Assembly (NCBI RefSeq): GCF_963921235.1 | Contig: NC_086097.1 | Location: 104,162,001-104,226,000 of the forward strand | Length of the DNA: 64,000 bases | Direction: 5' to 3' | From: Mobula hypostoma | Taxonomy: Eukaryota | Shown here: piece by piece, positions 1 through 11,107 of the stretch | How the letters are laid out: every line of letters begins with the position of its first letter | How positions within the stretch are numbered: the stretch's first letter is position 1 | Translations under genes and position numbers: made by a program | The notes under the pieces: generated by a model | Seen by the model: only the letters and a program-made list of their open reading frames with translations | Told to the model about the DNA's origin: nothing | Database searches by the model: none

Positions 1-111
1 GACCTGACCCGGTTCATTACCTAATACTAGATCTAGTATGGCATCCCCCTAGTTGGCCTGTCATTATACTGTGACAGGAATCTGTCCTGGACACACTTAA
101 CAAACTCTGCT

Positions 112-1640
112 TTATTTAGTGATAAATTTAGTGATAATTTTTCAAAACTCGTTAGATTCTGGACTAGTTCCTGAGGATTGGAGGGTGGCTAATGTAACCC
201 CACTTTTTAAAAAAGGAGGGAGAGAGAAACCGGGGAATTATAGGCCGGTTAGCCTAACGTCGGTGGTGGGGAAACTGCTGGAGTCAGTTATCAAGGATGT
301 GATAACAGCACATTTGGAAAGCGGTGAAATGATCGGACAAAGTCAGCATGGATTTGTGAAAGGAAAATCATGTCTGACGAATCTCATAGAATTTTTTGAG
401 GATGTAACTAGTAGAGTGGATAGGGGAGAACCAGTGGATGTGGTATATTTGGATTTTCAAAAGGCTTTTGACAAGGTCCCACATAGGAGATTAGTGTGCA
501 AACTTAAAGCACACGGTATTGGGGGTAAGGTATTGGTGTGGGTGGAGAATTGGTTAGCAGACAGGAAGCAAAGAGTGGGAATAAACGGGACCTTTTCAGA
601 ATGGCAGGCGGTGACTAGTGGGGTACCGCAAGGCTCAGTGCTGGGACCCCAGTTGTTTACAATATATATTAATGACTTGGATGAGGGAATTAAATGCAGC
701 ATCTCCAAGTTTGCGGATGACACGAAGCTGGGTGGCAGTGTTAGCAGTGAGGAGGATGCTAAGAGGATGCAGGGTGACTTGGATAGGTTGGGTGAGTGGG
801 CAAACTCATGGCAGATGCAATTTAATGTGGATAAATGTGAAGTTATCCACTTTGGTGGCAAAAATAGGAAAACAGATTATTATCTGAATGGTGGCCGATT
901 AGGAAAAGGGGAGGTGCAACGAGACCTGGGTGTCATTATACACCAGTCATTGAAAGTGGGCATGCAGGTACAGCAGGCGGTGAAAAAGGCGAACGGTATG
1001 CTGGCATTTATAGCGAGAGGATTCGAGTACAGGAGCAGGGAGGTACTACTGCAGTTGTACAAGGCCTTGGTGAGACCACACCTGGAGTATTGTGTGCAGT
1101 TTTGGTCCCCTAATCTGAGGAAAGACATCTTTGCCATAGAGGGAGTACAAAGAAGGTTCACCAGATTGATTCCTGGGATGGCAGGTCTTTCATATGAAGA
1201 AAGACTGGATGAACTGGGCTTGTACTCGTTGGAATTTAGAAGATTGAGGGGGGATCTGATTGAAACGTATAAGATCCTAAAGGGATTGGACAGGCTAGAT
1301 GCAGGAAGATTGTTCCCGATGTTGGGGAGGTCTAGAACGAGGGGTCACAGTTTGAGGATAGAGGGGAAGCCTTTTAGGACCGAGGTTAGGAAAAACTTCT
1401 TCACACAGAGAGTGGTGAATCTGTGGAATTCTCTGCCACAGCAAACTGTTGAGGCCAGTTCATTAGCTATGTTTAAAAGGAAGTTAGATATGGCCCTTGT
1501 GGCTACAGGGGTCAGGGGGTATGGAGGGAAGGCTGGGTTCTGAGTTGGATGATCAGCCATGATCATAATAAATGGCGGTGCAGGCTCGAAGGGCCGAATG
1601 GCCTACTCCTGCACCTATTTTCTATGTTTCTATGTTTCTA
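112..1640 (+). mobile_element. Young 5'-truncated CR1 LINE
   Basis: Uninterrupted RT frame followed by a 3' UTR ending in (TTCTATGT)n. TGCT occurs at both junctions (108-111, 1641-1644). Confidence 0.95.
119..1543 (+). CDS. CR1 ORF2 C-terminal part, reverse transcriptase (5'-truncated, no true start codon)
   Basis: 474-aa ORF with NYRPVSLTS, YLDFQKAFDKVPH, GVPQGSVLGP, KFADD and LEYCVQFW motifs. Confidence 0.9.
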   Translation: MINLVIIFQNSLDSGLVPEDWRVANVTPLFKKGGREKPGNYRPVSLTSVVGKLLESVIKDVITAHLESGEMIGQSQHGFVKGKSCLTNLIEFFEDVTSRVDRGEPVDVVYLDFQKAFDKVPHRRLVCKLKAHGIGGKVLVWVENWLADRKQRVGINGTFSEWQAVTSGVPQGSVLGPQLFTIYINDLDEGIKCSISKFADDTKLGGSVSSEEDAKRMQGDLDRLGEWANSWQMQFNVDKCEVIHFGGKNRKTDYYLNGGRLGKGEVQRDLGVIIHQSLKVGMQVQQAVKKANGMLAFIARGFEYRSREVLLQLYKALVRPHLEYCVQFWSPNLRKDIFAIEGVQRRFTRLIPGMAGLSYEERLDELGLYSLEFRRLRGDLIETYKILKGLDRLDAGRLFPMLGRSRTRGHSLRIEGKPFRTEVRKNFFTQRVVNLWNSLPQQTVEASSLAMFKRKLDMALVATGVRGYGGKAGF

Positions 1641-1976
1641 TGCTCCGTCTAAACTCTTGGAACTAATCAGGTGCCAATCAATATTAGGGAAGTTAAAGTC
1701 ACCCATGATAACAACCCTGTTATTTTTGCACCTTTCCAAAATCTGCCTCCCAATCTGCTCGGTATCTCTGCTGCTACTAGGGGGCCTATAGAATACTCCC
1801 AATAGAGTAACTTCTCCCTTCCTGTTCCTGACTTCCACCCATACTGACTCAAAAGGGGATCCTGCTACATTACCCACCCTTTCTGTAGCTGTAATAGTAT
1901 CCCTGGCCAGTAATGCCACCCCTCCTCTCCTTTTCCCCCTTCTCTATCCCTTTTAAAACACTGAAATCCAGGAATA

Positions 1977-3536
1977 CAGGTTTCCCCCGCCATCCGAAGG
2001 TAGAGCGTTCCTATGAAACGGTTCGTAAGCGGAAATTTCGTAAAGCGAAGAAGCAATTACCATTTATTTATATGGGAAAATTTTGTGAGTGTTCGCAGAC
2101 CCAAAAATAACCTACCAAATCATGCCAAATAACACATAAAACCTAAAATAACAGGAACATATAGTAAAAGCAGGAATGATATGATAAATACACAGCCTAT
2201 ATAAAGTAGAAATACTTTTACACAATCATTGCCGGCACAGATCCCCGTAGCGAAAATCTCACGCAAGCGCTGTCGGCAGAAAATCTCACGCAAGCGCTGT
2301 TGGCAAAAACACTGCGCAAGCGCTGTCCAGTAATCTTTAAACTATGAAGCTGCCAAATCATACCAAATAACATGTAAAAATACACAGCCTGTATAAAGTA
2401 GAAATAATGTACGTACAGTGTAGTATCACTTACGGGAATCGGGAAGACAGCGAGCACACTGATGATGGTGTGTTAGATTGAGTCGTCGGAGTTTGGGTGA
2501 TGCAGTGGCCCCCCACCCTCCAGGCCGCTGAGCGATACATTGCCGCGAAGAATGCAGGGGTCCAGCGGTAGCCGAGAGGTACACAGCACATCTTTAAGAA
2601 AAAAGCCAAAACAAACATGCTAATTAATTAGATGCCGCCTGTAATTGTTGGCCCAGATCAGTGCCGATTTCCGATTGCGTCGTCTCTGATCTGGGCCGAC
2701 AATTACGTGTTGGCGGCACCTAATTAATTAGCATGTTTATTTCAGCTTTTTTCTTAAAGATGTGATGTGTGCCTCCCGGCTACCTTTGCATTCTCCACGA
2801 ATCGGTATCTGTTCGTGGCCTGGGGGTTGGGGTGGTGGGACACTGGGGTGTCATCTTGTCGCCTGTTTCCAGTAGAGCAGGCAGCTCATCTTCTTCTATC
2901 TCTGCCCGTCTCGATGTCAAAGGTCGAGGTTCGTCGTCTGCTGTGGCTGATGTGGAAGGCTTGCTTGATTGCTGAGCCTCGCGCATTTTTCTATCACACA
3001 GTTCTTTAATAAGGACTCAAACTATCCTGCAAATATCCCCTGAACTGACATACCCTTTCAAAATTAAAGTCGTACTTTATCATTACTCATTCGGTTTCAC
3101 TTGTTATCCTTTTTTCTTCCAATTGCATCAGCTCTTCATCTGTCAATTCTTGGTGATGGGATGCCAAAACCTCTTCAACATCATGTTCATCAGCTTCCAC
3201 AAGCCAAACTCACGTTGTCCTTACTTCGTTCACCATGATCAAAACGCTTAATTATGTCTAGTTTTACCGTAAGTAACACCCTTACGAGCTCTTTCAGGCT
3301 TTTCTGATACTATAGAACTCAACTTGCAAACAGCTGCTCACAGGCACGTGTTAAAGCAAAGCAGTTCCGAATCTGGGGGAGAGTGGCTGCTCGGAGCGCG
3401 CTGCCTTTTATCGCGCGCTGAATTTTTTTTCGTAACAGTGAAAACACCTTCTGAAAGCGAAAATAGGGTACTAATGTAGGTCTTTCGTAACAGTGAGGTT
3501 TCATAAAGCGAACGTTGGAAAAGTGGAGGACTCCTG
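1977..3536 (-). mobile_element. Non-autonomous Tigger/pogo DNA transposon
   Basis: TA|CAGGTTTCCCCCG...GGACTCCTG|TA termini with TA duplication inside a CR1. Minus-strand transposase C-terminal remnants (2780-3210) match the copy at 54271-56522. Confidence 0.88.
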
Positions 3537-4590
3537 TATTGAGACCTGGTGCCAGCCAGGTCTCTGTAATGGCCACTACATCATAATTTCATGTATGTAT
3601 CCAAGCTCTCAGTTCATCACCTTTGTTCCTGATGCTGCTTGCATTGAAGTACATGCTCTTTAGCCCTTCTACCTTACTACCCTTTATTCTGATTCTTTTT
3701 CCTCAAAGTCTCTCTATCTGTTAGATCTGGCTTTATTCCATGCACTTCTTTCACTGCTCTATCGCTTCGGGTCCCACCCCCCTTGCAAATTAGTTTAAAC
3801 CCTCCCAAACTATGCTAGCAAACCTACCTGCAGGGAGTTCAGGTGCAACCCATCCAATCTGTACAGGTCCCACCTTCCCCAGAAGAGATCCCAATGGTCC
3901 AAAAATCTAAAACCCTGCCCCCTGCACCAACTCCTCAGCCATGCATTCAACTGCCATCTCCTCCAATTCTTACCATCACTATCACGTAGCACTGGCAGCA
4001 ATTCTGAGAACGCCACCCTTGAGGTCCTGTTCTTCAGCCTTCTGCCTAGTTCCCGAAACTCACACTTCAGGACCTCATCCCTCTTCCTGCCTATGTCGGT
4101 GGTACCAACATGTATCACGACTTCTGGTTGCTTTCCCTCTCATACCAGGATGTTGTGTACCCGGTCAGAGCCATCCTGGACCCTGGCACCCGGGAGGCAA
4201 CAAACCATGCAGGTGTCCTTGTCACGTCCACAAAATCTCCTGTCTGCTCCCCTGACTATAGAGTCTCCAATGACGACAGCTCTCCTCTTCTCCGTCCCAC
4301 CCTTCTGCACCACAGGGTCAGACTCAGTGCCAGAGGCCCTGCCACCGTGGCTGACACCTGGTCGGTCGTCCCCGCCAACAGTACCCAGGACAGTAAACTT
4401 ATTATTCAAGGGAATGGCTATAGGGGTGCTCTGCACTACCTGTCTACTCACCTTTGCTTTCCCCCTTCTAACTGTCACCCAACAACCTGCTTCCGACAGC
4501 CTAGGTGTGACTACCTCCCTGTAGCTCTCATCTATGATTGCCTCATTCTCCCTTATGAGTCGAAGGTCATCCAGCTGCTGCTCCAGATTC

Positions 4591-5040
4591 CATAGAAACC
4601 ATAGGAAAACTACAGCACAGAAATGGGCCTTTTGGCCCTTCTTGGCTGTGCCGAACCATTTTCTGCCTAGTCCCACTGACCTGCACACGGACCGTATCCC
4701 TCCCTGCACCTCCCATCCATGTATCTGTCCAATTCATTCTTAAATGTTAAAAAAGAACCCGCATTTACCACCTCTCCTGGCAGCTCATTCCACACTCCCG
4801 CCACTCTGTGTGAAGAAGCCCCCCCCCAATGTTCCCTTTAAACTTTTCCCCCTTCACCCTTGACCCATGTCCTCTTATTTTTTCCCCCCCTTGCCTCAGT
4901 GGAAAATGCTTGCTTGCATTCACTCTATCTATACCCATCATAATTTTATATACCTCTATCAAATCTCTCCTCATTCTTCTACGCTCCAGGGAATAAAGTC
5001 CTAACCTATTCAACCTTTCTCTGTAACTCAGTTTCTCAAG
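4591..5040 (-). mobile_element. CR1 LINE 3' end
   Basis: NRLGLYSLERRRMRRDLIEVYKIM peptide and CATAGAAAC-type tail. Confidence 0.85.
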
Positions 5041-6118
5041 TACCTCTTGCAGACTGCATCAGGTTTTCCTCCAGGATTTCCCTGTATTTTGCTGCATTCG
5101 TTTTACCCTCTACCTTCACAAGCCTTCCAGGGACTGCTGCACTGAAGCATCCCCACAACATGATATAGCCATCACCATGCTTCATGGTAGGGATGATGTG
5201 TTTTTGATGATGTGCGGCATTTGGCTTACGCCAAAGACAGCATTAAACCTAATAGCCAAAAAAACTCAATTTTGGTTTCATCAGACCATACAGCTGCCTT
5301 CCACATGCCTTCTGGCAAACTCTAGCCAAGATTTCATGTGTGTTTTTACCCCCAAAAGTGGCTTTCTCTTTGTCACCTTTCCATAAAGCTGTGACTGATG
5401 AGGCACCTGGCAACAGTTGTTGTGTGCGCAGTCTCTCCCATCTTAGCCACTGAAGCTTGTAGCTCCTCCAAGAATGTCATGGGTCACATGGTGGCTTCCC
5501 TCAATAGTTCCCTCCTTGAATGGTCACTCAGTTTTTGAGGACGAACTGTTCTAGGCAGATTTACAGCTGTGCCATATTCTTTCGATTTCTTGATGATTGA
5601 CTTAACTGTCCTCCAAGGAATATTCAGTGACTTGGAAATTTGCTTGTATCCATCTCCTGACTTGTGCTTTTCAATAACCTTTTCATGGAGTTGCTTGGAG
5701 TGTTCTAGTCTTCATGGTGTAGATTTGCCAGGATACTGACTCACCAGCAGTTGGACCTTCCAGATACAGGTGTATTTTTATGAAAGACAATTGAAACACC
5801 TTCCCTGTACACAGGTGATCTCCATTTAACTAATTATGAGACTTCTAAAACCAATTGGCTGCACCAGTGATGATTTGGTGTGTCATATTAAGGGGGAGAG
5901 TGGGTGGGTAAATACTTCTGCAATCAATTATTTTGTGTTTTATATTTGTAATTAATTTAGATCACTTTGTAGAGACCTGTTTTCACTTGGGCATGAAAGA
6001 GTCTTTTTTTGTCGATCAGTGTCAAAAAAAACAAATTAAGTCCACTGTGATTCAATGTTGTAAAACAAAATGTGAAAACATCCAAGTGGGGGGGGGGGAA
6101 TACTTTTTATAGGCACTG
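5041..6118 (-). mobile_element. Tc1 DNA transposon, 5' portion with degenerate transposase
   Basis: Terminus TA|CAGTGCCTATAAAAAGTA on the minus strand. Minus translation KHGDGYIMLWGCFSAAVPGRLVKVEGKTNAAKYREILEENL. Confidence 0.85.
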
Positions 6119-6120
6119 TA

Positions 6121-6310
6121 ACTCCCAGAAAATGATTATTGTGGTTCCTGATGGTCAATTATCCCAATGCCAAGACATGGTAGTAGAAGTTTCTGGTGGT
6201 GAAGTTTTAGACCCAATCATCACAAGGTCCTTCAGCAATGATCTAACTTCCAATAAAGTCAGCCATGGAGATGTTTCCTGCTGGTTGTGCAGTGTTCAGT
6301 TGGCAGGAAT
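6121..6310 (+). mobile_element. Ancient non-LTR RT fragment (CR1/L2-like)
   Basis: QKMIIVVPDGQLSQCQDMVVEVSGGEVLDPII...NDL resembles a decayed GVPQGSVLGP region. Confidence 0.55.
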
Positions 6311-6324
6311 GTTTATTAAACACT

Positions 6325-6510
6325 GGCCCTCTTCACCCCCCCCGCCCCACCCCCCATGCGCCAGCCCTCTCCTCTCCTCCCCCAGCAATGCGCCCGTCCT
6401 CTCCTCCCCACCCCCCCACGCGCCTTTCCTCTCCTCCCCTCCTCCCCCCCCACTCCCCACATGCCGGTTCTCTCCTCTCCTCCCCATGCACCATGGCTCC
6501 CTCCCTCCTT
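6325..6510. repeat. C-rich degenerate minisatellite / low-complexity tract
   Basis: Repeated CTCTCCTCCCC units separated by ATGCG/ACGCG/ATGCC-like spacers. Confidence 0.8.
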
Positions 6511-6630
6511 GGTGATTAGTGATGCAGGAGGCTTTGTTATTGTGCTCGCTGTAAATTGAATCACATGTTTAAAAAGTTGAGGTAAAGTATTATTGTGACT
6601 TGACAGAAAGGCAGGGTAAGTACGATAGAT

Positions 6631-7860
6631 CAGCGGTCCCCAACCACCGGGCCGCGGACCGGTACCGGGCAGCAGAGCATGCGCTACCGGGCTGCGAGCA
6701 AGCGATATGATTTGGTCAGCTGCACCTTTCCTCATTCCCTGTCACGGCCACTGATCAGCCATTACGCATGCGAGGTCATGACCCGCGCGTCATCCGTGTC
6801 AGGTGGGAAGGAGATCAACTCCTTGAGTTTGCAAATGATGACGGGCTGAAAAGTATGTTTGACATAACATCTCTGTCGGCATTTTGGATCAAAGTCAAGG
6901 CTAAATATCCTGAGATAGCCACGAAAGCACTGAAAATGTTGCTTTCATTTCCAACATTTTTCTGCGAAGCGGAGTTTTCTGCAGTGAATGCAACGAAAAC
7001 TAAACTGCGGAATAGACTGGACATAAGGAACCCCCTTCGAGTATCGCTGTCTCCCATCACCCCTCGATAGGACCGTGTTGTCGCAGGGAAACAAGCCCAG
7101 GGCTCCCGCTGATTCAGCGATATTGGTGTGTTGCAATGATTTTATATATTCATACGGGGAAAATATGTGCTGTGCGTTTAATATCCAAATATTACTTAAA
7201 ATGTTATGATGCTATTGACTTATAAATGACCCTATAACAATTGCAGCACGGAAACAGGCGTTCTCTGCCCTTCTAGTCCGTGCCGAATGCTATTCTCACC
7301 TAGTCCCACCGACCTGCACACAGCCCATAGCCTTCCATTCCTTTCCTGTCCATATACCTATCCAATTTTTCTTTAAATGATAATATCGAACCTGCCTCTA
7401 CCACTTCTGCTGGAAGTTTGTTCAACACTTACTTCAAGCTCCCCTGTCCTCCCCTGATAATTGACTTATCACTGTATTCATGCAAGGAAAATATGTGCTC
7501 TGTGTTTAATATTAAATTCGTTAGATAAACCCTTTTAGAAACAAAATTGAGTGAAATTGAAACAAAACACTTATCGCCTATATTCCAGTAGTGATTAACA
7601 CCCCCCCCCCCACGAACAGAATGGCCAAAAAGGATTTGCTGGGCGGGAGGGCGGGGTGGGAATCAGCAGGTCACGACGTGCATGCACACTGGTGCCCGTG
7701 CAAGGCTTCATGGCCATTGTAGTCTTTCTGGGTAAACAACGCATTTGACTGCTACTCTTGTCCGTTGGCAACTCTACCCCAACCCCCCCGGTCGGCCGAT
7801 CAGCAAAAATATTGTCAATATTAAACTGGTCCGCAATGCAAAAAAGGTTGGGGACCCCTG
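6631..7860 (+). mobile_element. Non-autonomous hAT (Charlie/Buster-type) transposon carrying a CR1 3' end
   Basis: TIRs CAGCGGTCCCCAACC / GGTTGGGGACCCCTG. 8-bp TSD CGATAGAT. hAT C-terminal dimerisation-domain fragment FWIKVKAKYPEIATKALKMLLSFPTFFCEAEFS...KTKLRNRLD at 6768-7070. Confidence 0.95.
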
Positions 7861-8342
7861 CGATAGATTTTCACTTTCTGAACAGGAAAATCCACTTCAA
7901 AAGTATAACTGTAATTTGTATTTTAAAACTAAATTCATGTTGTCTGGTTTAAAAAAAACCTGAAGTTTTTCTGCTGGCTACTTTTATTCATGTTGAATTA
8001 ATTCTTCGTTCTGATACAGCAGGGTAGGTAATATATTGTTTCCATGATATGTGGGAGCAGTTGGAGACCACAGTGAACCTTAGCAGTTACGGTTGTATTA
8101 AATGACTGCAGTGGCAAGGGGGGAAAGACTCAAAAAAAAAAAAAGCAAGCAAGCAGCTAATCCTGGAGTATTTTCTGTGTGTATTGGTAGATCAGGCTGC
8201 ATCCAAGTCGAGAGAGTTCATGTTGCAGGTCAGTTCTAATACAAACTGAAAAGGCTGGTCTAGTATTAATGATATGTGAGCAACACACATCAAAGTTGCT
8301 GGTGAACGCAGCAGGCCAGGCAGCATCTCTAGGAAGAGGTAC

Positions 8343-8378
8343 AGTCGACGTTTCAGGCCGAGACCCTTCGTCAGGACT
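8343..8378 (-). ncRNA. Minimal type I hammerhead ribozyme motif (PLE-associated)
   Basis: Minus strand reads AGTC-CTGACGA-AGG gtctcgg CCT-GAAA-CGTC-GACT: stem I AGUC/GACU, core CUGANGA, stem II, GAAA, GUC triplet. Confidence 0.8.
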
Positions 8379-8949
8379 AACTGAAGGAAGAGTTAGTAAG
8401 AGATTTGAAAGTGGGAGGGGGAGGGGAGGGGGAGATCCGAAATGATAGGAGAAGACAGGAGGGGCAGGGATGGAGCCAAGAGCTGGACAGGTGATTGGCA
8501 AAGGGGATATGAGAGGATCATGGGACAGGAGGCCCAGGGAGAAAGATGGGGGTGGGGAGGGAACAGAGGATGGGCAAGGGGTATAGTCAGAGGGACAGAG
8601 GGAGAAAAAGGAGAGTGAGAGAAAGAATGTGTGTATAAAAATAAATAATGGATGGGGTACGAGGGGGAGGTGAGGCATAATAGTCCAGATAGCTGTGAGA
8701 GTCAGTAGGCTTATAGTAGAGTGGTGGTCACTGCTGTGAAGCCTCTTCCGGTGATGCCTACACCGAAGAAGTTTAAATCCTCTCTTCGACAGGAGTTCAG
8801 TGAAACCATTTCTCACTGCTCCCCATCTGTAATTTCTTTGGCTCTTCAACTTTTCGACCACATTTTGACTCAGACTGGCTTCTCCTATCATTTCAGATCT
8901 CCCCCTCCCCCTCCCACTTTCAAATCTCTTACTAACTCTTCCTTCAGTT

Positions 8950-8985
8950 AGTCCTGACGAAGGGTCTCGGCCTGAAATGTCGACT
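8950..8985 (+). ncRNA. Minimal hammerhead motif, variant with C>T in helix III
   Basis: AGTC-CTGACGA-AGG gtctcgg CCT-GAAA-TGTC-GACT. Confidence 0.7.
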
Positions 8986-10071
8986 TTACCTCTTCCTAGA
9001 GATGCTGCCTGGCCTGCTGCGTTCACCAGCAACTTTGATGTGTGTTGCTTGAATTTCCAGCATCTGCAGAATTCCTGTTGTTATTAATGATATATGTTGT
9101 ATTTCATGGCATCAAGAAAATATTGTATTATAGTTATTAGTATCATTCTAAGTGAGTGGATTAAAGTGCCAGAAGATTTTTCAAAGGTATTTAGAGGCAT
9201 GACAGTACTAGATAATGAAATGCAGACATTAACTGACCACTTGTTCATTTTCACAGTTGATGAAGAGGACAAAACATTGATAGTACGAAGAGATCTAAAA
9301 ATCAGTCAGAGGAAGAATCATACTGGATTTGCAGTTTAAAAAAAAGGTGAGGAAAAGGATAACCATTGATCATTTTAATTTTAAGTTAATAGCATAATCT
9401 AAGACTGCTCCCAGAGCACAACAAGAAAAGAATGTAAGCTGATCCGAAAATCAGAATAAACTAGAGACTGGTCAATCTGAATAATCTTTCGTCAGTATCA
9501 GTGTGCTCTAGACTTCATTCCAGGTTGGTCCAACTATAGTTTTGAGGGGCCTGCGTACAGTTTTTGTTGCAATGTTTCCGGGGTTAGTAGTGGAAGCAGG
9601 CAGTTTGGTGCAGTTTGAGGCTTTTAGGATAGATGCATAAATATGAATTGAATGGATAGATATGGATGATGCAGAGGAGGAGTTCATTTAGTCCCAACTA
9701 CCATAATATAAAATAAAATACCAGTACCAGACTGTTCCATGCGTGTTCCATTTAGAAAAACTATGCAGATAGCTAGTTTAAGGAGGACAATGTTCACAGG
9801 AGGAAGCCACTTAAAAGTTTGTGCAGATTAAACTTGACAATGCTAGGGGTTTGGTACGTTTATGTTGAGGGTGCTTAGAGTAATTTCTGTGGCCTAGCGC
9901 TGGCTAGGTCCCAAGGGTGCCAAACTTGCAAGTTGCAACCTTTTGCCAAAAACCCTAATATTATTTTCTTAATTATGAACTTTCAGTTCCTATTTTCACT
10001 GGACACTTGGTTCTCTGCTATTTTCTACCAGGTTTGTATCTTAATTGGAGATCCAACATAGAAACAGGTCA

Positions 10072-10217
10072 CAAACAACAGGAATTCTGCAGATGCTGGA
10101 AATTCAAGCAACACACATCAAAGTTGCTGGTGAACGCAGCAGGCCAGGCAGCATCTCTAGGAAGAGATGCAGTCGACGTTTCAGGCCGAGACCCTTCGTC
10201 CTGACGAAGGGTCTCGG
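10072..10217. mobile_element. 146-bp PLE terminal fragment with fold-back end
   Basis: 14-bp TSD ATAGAAACAGGTCA (10058-10071, 10218-10231) and a perfect 15-bp inverted repeat at 10186-10217. Confidence 0.9.
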
Positions 10218-11107
10218 ATAGAAACAGGTCATTTGGTCCACCAAGTCTCCACCAACTATCAAACAATCCTTTTTACATAAATCCTACCTTGACCCATTTT
10301 CTTCTGAGTGATGTATACAAAGCTTTTGTTTAATTCCTCTAATATTTCCTTTATTCATATTATAAGCTCTCTTCCCTGCATGGAAGCTAACTCTCGGTAC
10401 AGGCATTTGTTAGTGAAATTCGTGTTCTTCAGTTCATCAACACAGCCTTCAGATATTTGAGAAAAAGTGTGTTTAATTGAGCCAAACAACCTAGAAAGGG
10501 TCCATCAGAGGATACCCAATCATCAACTGCCCATTTATATTGATCTTATACTTATCCCATTTGAAATCTAGCACGTGTCTATAGGCGGCAGTTATCCATG
10601 CCCTCTGGCCACCTCTGAGACATTGATCATCCATGACTGGTACTTGAGCAGTATTAACAAAGTTATCTCCACGAGTTCTGCAAGCCAGTGTTAGCTTCCT
10701 GAAACAACAGGGGTGGCCTTGAGGCCTAAATTACACTTGATCAGCTTAATGGCAGACCTTGTAGTTCATCGACCTGACACTGGCCATTTGAAACACATGT
10801 GCTATTCTGAGCTGCTCTTTTGAGACTTGATTCAATGTGAACAAAGGCATTCTATAGATGCATACATGAAAGCAATCAAGAACAGACTCGATAGGCTGAA
10901 TGGCCTAATTCCGTTCCAATGTCTTGCGGTCTATGTCATAAGACTGCTTGCTTCACAATTTCAAACAAACTGCACATCCATTGTGGAGACCATTCTCCTC
11001 ATTGAGCTACTTCAACAATGTTTATTATCTGGTGTTGGTGTGTTCTTGCTATTTCACATCTTTTCTTGTATACCCTCTTGCAGACAACTTCCTGGGACTT
11101 TACTGTA

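Larger units (their letters stand above)
1..4590 (-). mobile_element. Older CR1 LINE (ORF1 SGNH-esterase-like part and ORF2 endonuclease), interrupted by a young CR1 (112-1640) and a Tigger element (1977-3536)
   Basis: Minus-strand peptides VVIGDSIVRGADRRFCG, IHVGTTDIGRKRDEVL (ORF1) and ESVWVEVRNRKGEVTLLGVFYRPP...VVIMGDFNFPNIDW (endonuclease). Flanks rejoin across both insertions. Confidence 0.9.
8279..9081. mobile_element. Penelope-like element (PLE) mosaic with inverted terminal copies
   Basis: 8279-8460 is mirrored by 8880-9050. Probable 15-bp TSD TATTAATGATAT(G/A)TG at 8264-8278 and 9082-9096. Confidence 0.85.

Noticed and set aside
8157..9032. 291-aa minus-strand ORF
   Set aside because: It runs through non-coding, low-complexity PLE terminal repeats. 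The same peptides recur at 10007, 42007 and 46565, so it is not a gene.
9094..9339. 81-aa ORF next to the PLE insertion
   Set aside because: No recognisable family. It may be a very old LINE endonuclease remnant, but I cannot support a call.
10198..10231. Plus-strand CTGACGA...GAAACAGGTC as an intact hammerhead
   Set aside because: GAAA..GTC comes from the target site, and stems I and II cannot pair.
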